Shown one piece after another: positions 8,160 through 17,105 of a stretch of 64,000 bases of DNA. Numbering within the stretch: position 1 is the first letter of the stretch; the number at the start of each line of letters is the position of its first letter. Below the pieces are notes generated by a model, which had not been told where the DNA came from, did no database searches, and saw only the letters and a program-made list of their open reading frames with translations. Made by a program: the position numbers and the translations under genes. The stretch is from Polyangia bacterium (lineage in GTDB: Bacteria > Myxococcota_A > Polyangia > HGW-17), in assembly GCA_041686345.1 (NCBI GenBank), contig JAWLEA010000001.1:20516-84515 (forward strand), read 5' to 3'.

Positions 8160-9488
8160 ATGAACAAAATTCTACTTGTAGCTGACGACAGTAAAACAAT
8201 AAAAAAAGCATTTGAGTTGAGTTTCACCGGCAAGGATATCAAACTTGTTTTTGCAAATGATGGTCAATCTGCTTTGATGAAGGCAAAAAAACAAAAGCCG
8301 GGGGTTGTAATTGCCGACCATAAATTGCCGGGTTTAAACGGTTATGATCTTCTTTCTGAAATGAAAAGAGAATCAGGATTGGGAAAAATTCCCTTCATCA
8401 TAATGCACAGTCATTACCAGGAATTTGATGAGATCAAAGGTGTCGGTGCAGAAGCTCATATTGCCAAGCCATTTTTAACCAAGGATATTCATGAAGTTGT
8501 GGATAAAGCTTTTGAAGTGGCCGAATCAGGAGAGGCCGAGGAAGATGTAGAACAGGAAATAGTCATAGATGCTGAATTTCCAGATGAAGAAGAAGCACCT
8601 GACGAACTCGAACTACAATTTGAAAATATTGGATTGAAAAAGGAACCAGATGTAATATCACCTGCATCCAAGCCTGCTCGATCGTCCAAGCCGGCAGCCC
8701 CAAAAAAGCCTGCCCGCCCGTCGGTACCTCGTTCGTCCAAGCCGGCAGCCCCAAAAAAGCCTGCCCGCCCGTCGGTACCTCGTCCGTCCAAGCCGGCAGC
8801 CCCAAAAAAGCCTGCCCGCCCATCGGTACCTCGTTCGTCCAAGCCGGCAGCCCCAAAAAAGCCTGCCCGCCCATCGGTACCTCGTTCGTCCAAGCCGGCA
8901 GCCCCAAAAAAGCCTGCCCGTCCGGCAGTACCTCGTCCGTCCAAACCGGCAGCTCCAAAAAAGCCTGCCCGCTCGGTAGAATCAGGAATATCCAAAGAGG
9001 AAAAGGCTCAATCCAGTTTTGCGCCACCTCCATCCCGACCTGTTAAACCAAAAGCTCCCAAGTCAACAAAACCCGGAGTTCCTGAAAAACAAAAACAGGA
9101 AGAATCAGGCAAGCCTTTTGTTTCTTCCGATAAATTTAAAAAGTCAAGCAAAACTGCCAGCGCAGGAACCAAAAAATCAGGAGGCGGACAAACAGTATTC
9201 ATGTCCTCTTTTGCACCTGAACCTGCCCAGGATGCTTCAACTTCCGAAAAGAGTTCCCAAACTTCAGAAAATCAGCAGATTAAAGAAAAAGTTGTTCAGG
9301 ATACCCAAAAGCAGGTTAAAGGAATTGTTGATCGGAAGGTCAGGGAAATATCGGCCCAAGGTGAGGAATTCAAAGCAATAGCCAACTTGAGTAGAGATAT
9401 CATCGAAAAAATAGCTTGGGAAGTAGTTCCTCAGTTAGCCGAAGTAATTATCAAGGAAATTGCAGTTAAGGACAAGCATCTCAAATAA
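8160..9488 (+). CDS. Response regulator with receiver domain, long Pro/Lys-rich repeat linker and conserved C-terminal tail (RomR-like architecture)
   Basis: CheY-like N-terminus (ILLVADDSKTIKK...DHKLPGLNGYDLL...IAKPF), six SKPAAPKKPARPSVPR units, and a C-terminal IEKIAWEVVPQLAEVIIKEI. RBS GAGGAAATAA precedes the ATG. Confidence 0.75.
   Translation: MNKILLVADDSKTIKKAFELSFTGKDIKLVFANDGQSALMKAKKQKPGVVIADHKLPGLNGYDLLSEMKRESGLGKIPFIIMHSHYQEFDEIKGVGAEAHIAKPFLTKDIHEVVDKAFEVAESGEAEEDVEQEIVIDAEFPDEEEAPDELELQFENIGLKKEPDVISPASKPARSSKPAAPKKPARPSVPRSSKPAAPKKPARPSVPRPSKPAAPKKPARPSVPRSSKPAAPKKPARPSVPRSSKPAAPKKPARPAVPRPSKPAAPKKPARSVESGISKEEKAQSSFAPPPSRPVKPKAPKSTKPGVPEKQKQEESGKPFVSSDKFKKSSKTASAGTKKSGGGQTVFMSSFAPEPAQDASTSEKSSQTSENQQIKEKVVQDTQKQVKGIVDRKVREISAQGEEFKAIANLSRDIIEKIAWEVVPQLAEVIIKEIAVKDKHLK
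8685..8972 (+). repeat. 48-bp in-frame tandem repeat, about 6 units (SKPAAPKKPARPSVPR)
   Basis: The unit TCCAAGCCGGCAGCCCCAAAAAAGCCTGCCCGCCCGTCGGTACCTCGT(T/C)CG repeats head to tail with only a few substitutions. Confidence 0.9.
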
Positions 9489-9601
9489 AAGAGGATCTTT
9501 TTCAGTGTCAGTAGAAATTTTGAATCATCAATATTACAGAATATTGCTGAACAGATCTGAGCTTTTAAAAATCAAAAACACAAATGTAAAAGGAGAAATT
9601 A

Positions 9602-10393
9602 ATGCCCATAGTACCAGGGAGTATTGAATGGAAACAGATGTTGGAATTTGCCAGAAAAATAGCAAGAGAAGGAGGAGAAATTGCCATGAAACATTATGGC
9701 AATTCAGATCCACAACTTAAATACGATATGTCTCTTGTGACTCAGGCAGATCTTGAAGTTCAAGGTCATCTCAAAAAAAGGATTCTGGAAAGATATCCAG
9801 ATCATAAATTTTTTGGTGAAGAACAGGACAGTCATAATTTCAGTGGCATGAACAATTTATGGGTTGTAGATCCGGTTGATGGAACAGCTGCTTTTTCCTC
9901 CCAATTACCTATTTGGGGAATTTCTATTTCCCATTATGATGATGGGGATCTCCAATTTGGTGTTTTTTATATGCCTGCTACTGATGAGATGTTTTCTGGT
10001 ATGGGAAAAAAAGCGTATAGAGACGGAGTCAGAATCCGGGCCAGAATAGATGACAGAGTTGACAATGAAGCTGTTTTGTTGACTTACTCACGGTTTCACC
10101 AGGATTTCAACACCAATTTTCCAGGCAAAGTAAGATCTCTTGGTTCTTCTGTAGCTCACATTGCCTATGTAGCCTCAGGAGCCGCTTGGGGTGCCTTGTT
10201 GGGCAGAGTACATATTTGGGATATTGCTCCCGGTCTTGCAATATTAAGAGCAGCTGGTGGAGAAATAAGAGATCTTGAAGGTAATTTGTTTGATTCAGCC
10301 GCTTATTTAGACGGCAAACAAGTCGATAAAATCTATCTGGCAGCCGCCAAAGGTCAACATGACCAATTGGCCAGTTTTTTAACCAGGAAATAG
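9602..10393 (+). CDS. Inositol monophosphatase family protein (SuhB-like)
   Basis: Motifs FFGEE, WVVDPVDGTAAF and HIWDIAPG. RBS AAAGGAGAAATTA precedes the ATG. Confidence 0.8.
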   Translation: MPIVPGSIEWKQMLEFARKIAREGGEIAMKHYGNSDPQLKYDMSLVTQADLEVQGHLKKRILERYPDHKFFGEEQDSHNFSGMNNLWVVDPVDGTAAFSSQLPIWGISISHYDDGDLQFGVFYMPATDEMFSGMGKKAYRDGVRIRARIDDRVDNEAVLLTYSRFHQDFNTNFPGKVRSLGSSVAHIAYVASGAAWGALLGRVHIWDIAPGLAILRAAGGEIRDLEGNLFDSAAYLDGKQVDKIYLAAAKGQHDQLASFLTRK

Positions 10394-10584
10394 GTTATCC
10401 TCAATCAATTCAGTTAATTGTATTTTTCAAAACATAATATCAGGGAATAAATTAAAAAATATAGTAGTTGGTATCTTTACTAAAGACAGGCTTGAGACTT
10501 GATAAAATATTATTAATGATTAGAACAGTAATACTGTCTTTGTCTTGGATATAATCTGAAAAACTAAACATACAGGAATTGCAG

Positions 10585-11688
10585 ATGAATTTTACCAAAA
10601 TACTTTTTGCCGGAATCGGCACATTTTTGACGCCCTGTGTTTATCCACTTATTCCAATCTATTTATCTTCCCTGCTGGGAGCTGATATCTCAAATATTTC
10701 CATGCTCAAAAGGGGACAATTGTTTATCAGGGCAATTTCCTTCAGCATTGGATTTATCATGGTTTTTTCCCTGATGGGACTCGGAGCAGCCGGTATTGGA
10801 GGATTGCTTCAGGAATACAGACAGGTTTTCCAACTGGCCGGAGGAATTTTAATCCTGCTTTTTGCATTAAAATTCCTGGGTGTTATCAGTATACCATTCA
10901 TGGATAAAACTGTGCGCAAGGATGATTCAACCCTGACCAGGAAGGTAAATCTGCTCACGGCATTTTTAATGGGGATATTTTTTGCTGCGGGCTGGTCTCC
11001 ATGTATTGGCCCGATTTTAGGTTCCATACTTACTTATACAGCCTCTGAAACTTCTGAACCAATGATGGGGTTTTTGTATCTCACCGTTTACGGGTTTGGT
11101 TTTTCAATTCCTCTATTGATTACGGCATTTTTTGCTGAATCAGCGGTTAAATTCATTGGTAAAACCTCAAAATATCTCCCCAAGGTGGAAAAAGTAATTG
11201 GGGTTGTGCTCTTGTTTACTTCTTTTTATTTTTTCAGTGGCATGTTTGGAGGAAGTGATATTTATCAGGAATGTGCCTATAATCCGGTGAGGCCTGATGA
11301 TAAACCACTGATGGTTGAATTTTACTCCAAAGATTGTACTGTTTGTAAACAGATGGAGCCTTTGATTAAGGAAATTAAAAAGACTTGTAAAGGGAAAAAT
11401 ATAGAAGTTAGACAAGTTGATATTTCTCAGGATGAAAATAAAAGATTCGTAAAAAAATATAACCTGGTTGGAGTTCCCACCTTTGTTTTTATCAATCGGG
11501 AGGGAAAAGAGGTATCCAGATTAATAGGCAGGCAGAGCAAACAAAATCTTTTGCAGTCAATTTCAGTTTTGATCGGAGAGTTATGTCCAGGGGTGGGGCC
11601 AATTAACAAAAAGCAATTACGCCAACCAGAAGAAAAAGAAGCAGGATCTGCTTGTGACACCGGGGAAGAAGTACTTTGTACAGAATAG
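10585..11688 (+). CDS. CcdA/DsbD-type transmembrane thiol-disulfide transporter fused to a C-terminal thioredoxin domain
   Basis: Membrane-domain motifs FLTPCVYPLIPIY and GWSPCIGPILG. The C-terminal thioredoxin fold reads VEFYSKDCTVCKQMEP...GVPTFVF. The track ORF starts at TTG 10579; the ATG at 10585 follows AGGAA. Confidence 0.8.
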   Translation: MNFTKILFAGIGTFLTPCVYPLIPIYLSSLLGADISNISMLKRGQLFIRAISFSIGFIMVFSLMGLGAAGIGGLLQEYRQVFQLAGGILILLFALKFLGVISIPFMDKTVRKDDSTLTRKVNLLTAFLMGIFFAAGWSPCIGPILGSILTYTASETSEPMMGFLYLTVYGFGFSIPLLITAFFAESAVKFIGKTSKYLPKVEKVIGVVLLFTSFYFFSGMFGGSDIYQECAYNPVRPDDKPLMVEFYSKDCTVCKQMEPLIKEIKKTCKGKNIEVRQVDISQDENKRFVKKYNLVGVPTFVFINREGKEVSRLIGRQSKQNLLQSISVLIGELCPGVGPINKKQLRQPEEKEAGSACDTGEEVLCTE

Positions 11689-11937
11689 ACGCGAACAAGC
11701 TTCAAGTATTTGTAATAATTGCGTAATAATCATTGCAAAGCCTATGGTGACATTTTGTACACAGGAGGTTGATAACTGTCTTTTTTTGTGCACAGGAGCT
11801 GCGTCATTTAATTTTACTTTGATGTTTATCATATATTAATGTCTAATATAACAAGGGGTTATGTTGTTTTTGAATTAAGTTTTCGAGGTGGGCATAGATA
11901 TTGCTTTTAACGCAATGTGTCAACAAAGGAGACAGCA

Positions 11938-12882
11938 ATGCTACATAATCTATTTTCCAACATAAACTTATCAGTACTTTTAATTATTTTGTTATTTGGT
12001 GGATTAATTTCAAGTTGTGAACACAATATTACCACTGAAAATAATTTTCCCGAGGATTCACTGCGTTTGCTCTATCAGACAAATGTCCCTGCAGGATATG
12101 AAAACCTTACCATTATTGATGATGGATCTAATTCCGATAGAGTTTATCTGCAAACAGGTAAAAATGAACTTTCAATAATAGAAAAAAATGGAAATTATCA
12201 GGTGGTAAATCCTGAATGTTCTATGGTCAAACACAATCAACAACTTGCATTTTGTGAATCTGGAATCATTTCCTTGAATAATAATGATTTCAAAGGATAT
12301 CCAAAAAAAATTGCCAATTTCAATTTTACCTCTGGTGCAATTGGACCACTGGGCAGACTGGTTTATCTATATGATAAAACCGGAAAACTAAGTTTGACAG
12401 ATTCAGGCTGGACTCAAGAAGCCAGTGATGACAGTAATCTGCTGCTGTGGAAAAAGGGGAGGAAAACTCTGGAAATTATCGCCGGTCACGGTATGAGTCA
12501 TCTTGGAATTGTAAATTTGGCAGGCAGACTGGTTGATTTGGAAATATCAGGGGAAAATATTATTGTGCTGTATTTGTCCGAGGAAAGAGAGAGTTGGGGC
12601 ATAGAAACAATATCCCTGAATAATTATAAAAGATCCGGTGATTTAATCGAAGAAAAGATCACCAATGGAGGAGAACCGGTTGATTTTGCGGTTTCCCCTC
12701 AATATAAATCCATGGTAATTTTCAACCGGGACAACACCGCTTATTTTCTGGATTTGAATACTGTTGAATATGAAAAGATAACTTTGCCCTGGCAGGTTGA
12801 TTATGTCATAAATCTCCAAAATAACTTCTTTGCCTGGTCCAATCAAAATTATAAACTCCACCAGTTGACTGATTGTAACTGA
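11938..12882 (+). CDS. Hypothetical lipoprotein
   Basis: The ATG at 11938 is preceded by AAGGAG. There is a signal plus lipobox LLFGGLISSC. I recognise no family. Confidence 0.55.
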   Translation: MLHNLFSNINLSVLLIILLFGGLISSCEHNITTENNFPEDSLRLLYQTNVPAGYENLTIIDDGSNSDRVYLQTGKNELSIIEKNGNYQVVNPECSMVKHNQQLAFCESGIISLNNNDFKGYPKKIANFNFTSGAIGPLGRLVYLYDKTGKLSLTDSGWTQEASDDSNLLLWKKGRKTLEIIAGHGMSHLGIVNLAGRLVDLEISGENIIVLYLSEERESWGIETISLNNYKRSGDLIEEKITNGGEPVDFAVSPQYKSMVIFNRDNTAYFLDLNTVEYEKITLPWQVDYVINLQNNFFAWSNQNYKLHQLTDCN

Positions 12883-13069
12883 ATTTTCCTGCAGGCTTTT
12901 TCAAGTGTTTGAAAGTTATTTTTATTGTTTTTCCTTTTAAAACCATCAAATAAATTGTACAAACAGGGTTTGAAATACCTTTGTATCTACCTGTTTTATC
13001 AATTGGATTCTGACCTTAGTTTTTTTAAATTTAATCAATCAGAATCAGTTTATTAGAGAAATCAAGAAT

Positions 13070-15238
13070 ATGTATTCAAATTCAACAAAATCTTTATTTT
13101 TTATTACTTTTTCCTTTCTTCTTTTTTCTTTTCTTTCATGCAGCTCAAGCAAGGAGGAAAAGACTTCTGTTGTGAAGTTAAAAATGCCGGCTCAGCCTCT
13201 TTTTAAAAAGTTCAACACCATTGAAAATCAAAAATTGCCGCTTATTATAGCTTCAGCTCGTTATCACGGCAATGAATGGGGAGTTGATAACTGGAAGCAA
13301 CTGGAAAAATGGATAGAACGCAAAGTTGAAAATTATCTGAAATATGGACAGAACGGAAAAGCTTATGAATTATTGGCTCCTTACATGAATATGATAGGCC
13401 CGGCTTATAATATTGATCGCAAGGTACCTGGTTCCATAGTAAAATTGGCTGAAGTTATCATGGATAAATTAGAAGCAGCAGGGGATATTAGAAAAACCAT
13501 GCATTTGTGCTTGTTTATCAACGAGGTCAATGAGGAAAAATGTTCAGACAAGATGGCTTCTCTGCTCAAATGGTTGATTGAATTTGATCGCCTCAAATTT
13601 TCCCATTGCCTTGAAGAACAGGACAGTAAAAAGCGTTGTTATGGTGCTAGAATGGGTGATGAAATTCTTTTACCTTTAATCTCAGGTTGGCCCAGCCCCA
13701 AGTTGAACAAAATTTACTGGAAATATTATACGGCAATTATAGATCACAAGGAATTGGTTGATGATATTTCCAACTGGTCCAGAATAATTGATAAATTACC
13801 AAAATATGAACAGGGCAGATTTTTTGATCGGATTCTATGGCGTCAATTAATTGAAAATCAAAATTTAAGCTTTTTTAAAAAGATTTTCAGTAAAAATAAA
13901 AACAGAGAACGAAATTCTTATCTGGCTAAATTGACCGATCAGATCAAAGGCAAAAAAAATTCTATTATGGCCTTTCACAAATTAGTTGAATATTTTGCCG
14001 TCAAATTCAAATCAGCTTATAAAATCCAAATATGTACCCTGGTTCCAAAAGATATTGAGAAATCAGGAGTAAAAGAAATGTGCAAAGTTCTCAATAGTTT
14101 TTCAATTTATGACAGCCTGCGGGCTCGTACCTATCTGCTTGATATTATAAATTACAATCCATCTTGGGAAGGAGCTTGGGAAAAATTGTTCAAGCTCACT
14201 CTGATGAGATTTTACAAATTTATTGAAAATGAAGATTTGGACAATGCCCGTCGGGAAGTTGAATTTTTTCAAAAAATCTTTCAAAGGATGAATCAAATTT
14301 GGCCTGATGAAGATAGTCATAAATATCAGGCGGAGATAGCAATTTCATTGAGTAATCTTCATCAAACCAGGGGCAATCCCGATCGAGCCAGAAAAGTTCT
14401 GGAAAAAGCTTATACCCGGTCCAAAAATTTCGGACTTCTGGATGAGTTGATAAAGCTTGAATACTGGGATGGAAATTATCAAAAAGCTTTGGATTATTTT
14501 GAAGAATACAACAAAATCTCCGAAAATCGCAATTATGCATTGATCCGCTATATGCTCATGGGCAGTTATCTGGGAAGGATCCTGGAAAAGATGGGTAAAG
14601 ATAAAAGAGCCAAATATACCAGAATGAAAATGATTCGTTACCTTGGCAAGATAGTCAAAGCGGTCAAACACAATCAAGCCAAGAGCAGAATCATGTATGT
14701 GGCCGGCAATCTCTATCTGGAATTGGGCAAACCCAAGATGGCGGTTCAAATATATCAATATATCATAGACAGACGGACCAGTTGCAGCAATTTAATGCCC
14801 ATATTGCGCAATTTAAGCCAGCGAGGTTATTTCAACGATTCCCTTGATATTTATTATTCCATTCTGGGTTCAAAGAAATGTTCGGAAAACAGAAAGGTTT
14901 ATGCTTCTTTTCTCATCTATCTCCATGGTTTGCAAAAAAAAGCAGAAAGCAATAAATTGGAAATAGCTGCAAATTACATAAAAAGTTACAAAGGAAGTAA
15001 ATGGCTCGAAGAAATAGCCAAATATATTATGGGAAAATCAAGTTTTGATGATTTACTGAAAATAGCCAATTCTCCAGGAAGAAAAACTGAGGCCTGGTTT
15101 TATGGTGCCATGAAGACCTGGGGTGAAAAAGGCTGGAAAGAAGCCAAGGAAATGCTGATTAAAGCAACTTCCCAAAAAGTATATATCTTCATTGAGCATT
15201 TCTATGCAGATTTCCTGCTTTCCCAAAAACGGGATTAA
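13070..15238 (+). CDS. Hypothetical large helical-repeat (TPR-like) lipoprotein
   Basis: Signal plus lipobox FLLFSFLSCSSS. It is a 722-aa helical-repeat-looking sequence with no catalytic motif recognised. Confidence 0.55.
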   Translation: MYSNSTKSLFFITFSFLLFSFLSCSSSKEEKTSVVKLKMPAQPLFKKFNTIENQKLPLIIASARYHGNEWGVDNWKQLEKWIERKVENYLKYGQNGKAYELLAPYMNMIGPAYNIDRKVPGSIVKLAEVIMDKLEAAGDIRKTMHLCLFINEVNEEKCSDKMASLLKWLIEFDRLKFSHCLEEQDSKKRCYGARMGDEILLPLISGWPSPKLNKIYWKYYTAIIDHKELVDDISNWSRIIDKLPKYEQGRFFDRILWRQLIENQNLSFFKKIFSKNKNRERNSYLAKLTDQIKGKKNSIMAFHKLVEYFAVKFKSAYKIQICTLVPKDIEKSGVKEMCKVLNSFSIYDSLRARTYLLDIINYNPSWEGAWEKLFKLTLMRFYKFIENEDLDNARREVEFFQKIFQRMNQIWPDEDSHKYQAEIAISLSNLHQTRGNPDRARKVLEKAYTRSKNFGLLDELIKLEYWDGNYQKALDYFEEYNKISENRNYALIRYMLMGSYLGRILEKMGKDKRAKYTRMKMIRYLGKIVKAVKHNQAKSRIMYVAGNLYLELGKPKMAVQIYQYIIDRRTSCSNLMPILRNLSQRGYFNDSLDIYYSILGSKKCSENRKVYASFLIYLHGLQKKAESNKLEIAANYIKSYKGSKWLEEIAKYIMGKSSFDDLLKIANSPGRKTEAWFYGAMKTWGEKGWKEAKEMLIKATSQKVYIFIEHFYADFLLSQKRD

Positions 15239-15355
15239 TCTTATTGATCAATATTTGGTTTACATCAATTTCCCAAATTAAATTGTAAAGTTGCAGAGGG
15301 TGTTTTCCTTAAAATTGATAATTCCCCTGAACTTTTATATGTGGAAATATAGTTT

Positions 15356-16693
15356 TTAGAAATAGGGTTTGAGCAGAGTGGTTCCAGGATATCTTGAAGA
15401 GCTTCCCAATTCTTCTTCAATTCTGATTAATTGATTGTATTTGGCTGTGCGATCAGAACGTGAAGTGGAACCGGTTTTGATCATTCCGGTACCCATAGCT
15501 ACCACAAAGTCAGCTATGAAATAATCTTCAGTTTCACCGCTGCGGTGGGAAACTACTGAAGTATAACCGTTTTCTTTGGCTTGACTGATTGTATTGATGG
15601 TTTCGGTTACTGTGCCGATCTGATTAAGTTTGATCAGGATGGAGTTGGCGATATTTTCGGAGATACCCTTTCCCAGCCTTTTGGTATTGGTTACAAAAAG
15701 ATCGTCGCCCACTATCTGAGTTTTGTGACCGATAAGCTCGGTAAGTTGTTTCCAACCTTCCCAGTCGTCTTCGGCCATAGGATCTTCGAGGTTGAAAATC
15801 ATGGGGTATTTATTGATCAAATCATCCCAGAAATGTACCATCTCTTCGATAGTGCGAGTTTTCCCTGAGGATTTCCAGAATTTATATCCTTTTTTATTGT
15901 CTTTTTCAGCTTGAATCCACATTTCTGAAGCAGCTGCATCAATGGAAATAACAATCTGCGGATTGTTTTTCAGATCCCCGGTGGTATATCCTGCCTGATT
16001 AATTGATTCAAGGATGAGGTCGAGGGCTTCATTGGGCGATCTCAAAGAAGGAGCATAACCACCCTCATCACCTACACTGGTGTTGTAATTGTTTTTTTTG
16101 AGAACTTTTTTCAATTGGTGAAAAATTTCGCTGACCCAACGAATTCCTTCGGTGAAATTGGAGGCTCCAACGGGCATTACCATAAACTCTTGGATATCAA
16201 CTGTGCCATCGGCATGACCGCCACCGTTCAGAATATTAGCCATGGGAACAGGCAGAGTTCTGGCATCGATACCGCCAAGATATCTGTAAAGGGGAATCTT
16301 GAGAAAGTTGGCAGCTGCTCTGGTTACAGCCATGGAAACTGCAAGGATGCCGTTGGCTCCCAATCTTTCTTTATTTTCTGTTCCATCTGCTTCAATGAGG
16401 GCACTATCAACAGCAGCTTGATCAAGAGCATTTAAATCCTGAATTGCATCAAAAAGCTGTCTTTCTACATGATCAACCGCATTCTGGACGCCTTTGCCAC
16501 CGTATCTGTCTTTATTTTTATCTCTTAATTCATGGGCTTCGTGGATCCCGGTTGAAGCACCCGAGGGAGTGGCTGCTCGTCCCATGGAACCGTTTTTAAG
16601 ATAAACATCAACTTCTACAGTAGGGTTTCCACGAGAGTCGAGAATTTCTCTGGCTTTAACTGTGTCAATGCTGCTTGGGCAAAAATTTAACAT
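15356..16693 (-). CDS. eno: Enolase
   Basis: Motifs [35 protein letters not shown] and IKTGS.SRSDR. RBS AAGGAG lies 6 nt before the ATG. Confidence 0.95.
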   Translation of the reverse strand: MLNFCPSSIDTVKAREILDSRGNPTVEVDVYLKNGSMGRAATPSGASTGIHEAHELRDKNKDRYGGKGVQNAVDHVERQLFDAIQDLNALDQAAVDSALIEADGTENKERLGANGILAVSMAVTRAAANFLKIPLYRYLGGIDARTLPVPMANILNGGGHADGTVDIQEFMVMPVGASNFTEGIRWVSEIFHQLKKVLKKNNYNTSVGDEGGYAPSLRSPNEALDLILESINQAGYTTGDLKNNPQIVISIDAAASEMWIQAEKDNKKGYKFWKSSGKTRTIEEMVHFWDDLINKYPMIFNLEDPMAEDDWEGWKQLTELIGHKTQIVGDDLFVTNTKRLGKGISENIANSILIKLNQIGTVTETINTISQAKENGYTSVVSHRSGETEDYFIADFVVAMGTGMIKTGSTSRSDRTAKYNQLIRIEEELGSSSRYPGTTLLKPYF

Positions 16694-16736
16694 ATAAATC
16701 TCCTTGTTGATTGAGTGATAATCAATTAGTCAGTTA

Positions 16737-16898
16737 GTTCCCATCCCAGAAGTGGTATTATTGGCTGGGGAAGAAATTGGATTGAGATGCGCGGAATAAC
16801 TTCGCCGACATAGTTGATACTATTTCAAGAAGTTATGACAAAGCAGATTAATTCAATTTCCGTTTCCAGACGATGACCTTCCTTTTGGGGACGGGAAT
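16737..16898 (-). mobile_element. MITE-like element, copy B (full length, inverted orientation)
   Basis: The reverse complement aligns end to end with copies C-G. Its ends are GTTCCCATCCCAGAAGTGG...GGGGACGGGAAT. It lies 43 nt upstream of the eno start codon. Confidence 0.9.
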
Positions 16899-17105
16899 TA
16901 GTTTCCCTTCTGCAAGGAAAACTATCACTTGGCCTGATTATAGCGGCCAAATGGAAAACATGAATTTGTGTCTGTTTCAGAAAAATAATGCCTGAATTCA
17001 GACCTGCGAATTATTGTTAATTAACTTATTTGTAAAAATATGTAAATATAATTGTAGAAAATAACTGTTTTGCAACTAAAAAATCAAAAATCAAGAAAGC
17101 AGATA

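Noticed and set aside
8489-9033. Minus-strand ORFs of 168 and 156 aa across the response-regulator repeat.
   Set aside because: These are antisense shadows of the 48-bp tandem repeat. They are repetitive low-complexity translations fully inside a well-supported plus-strand CDS.
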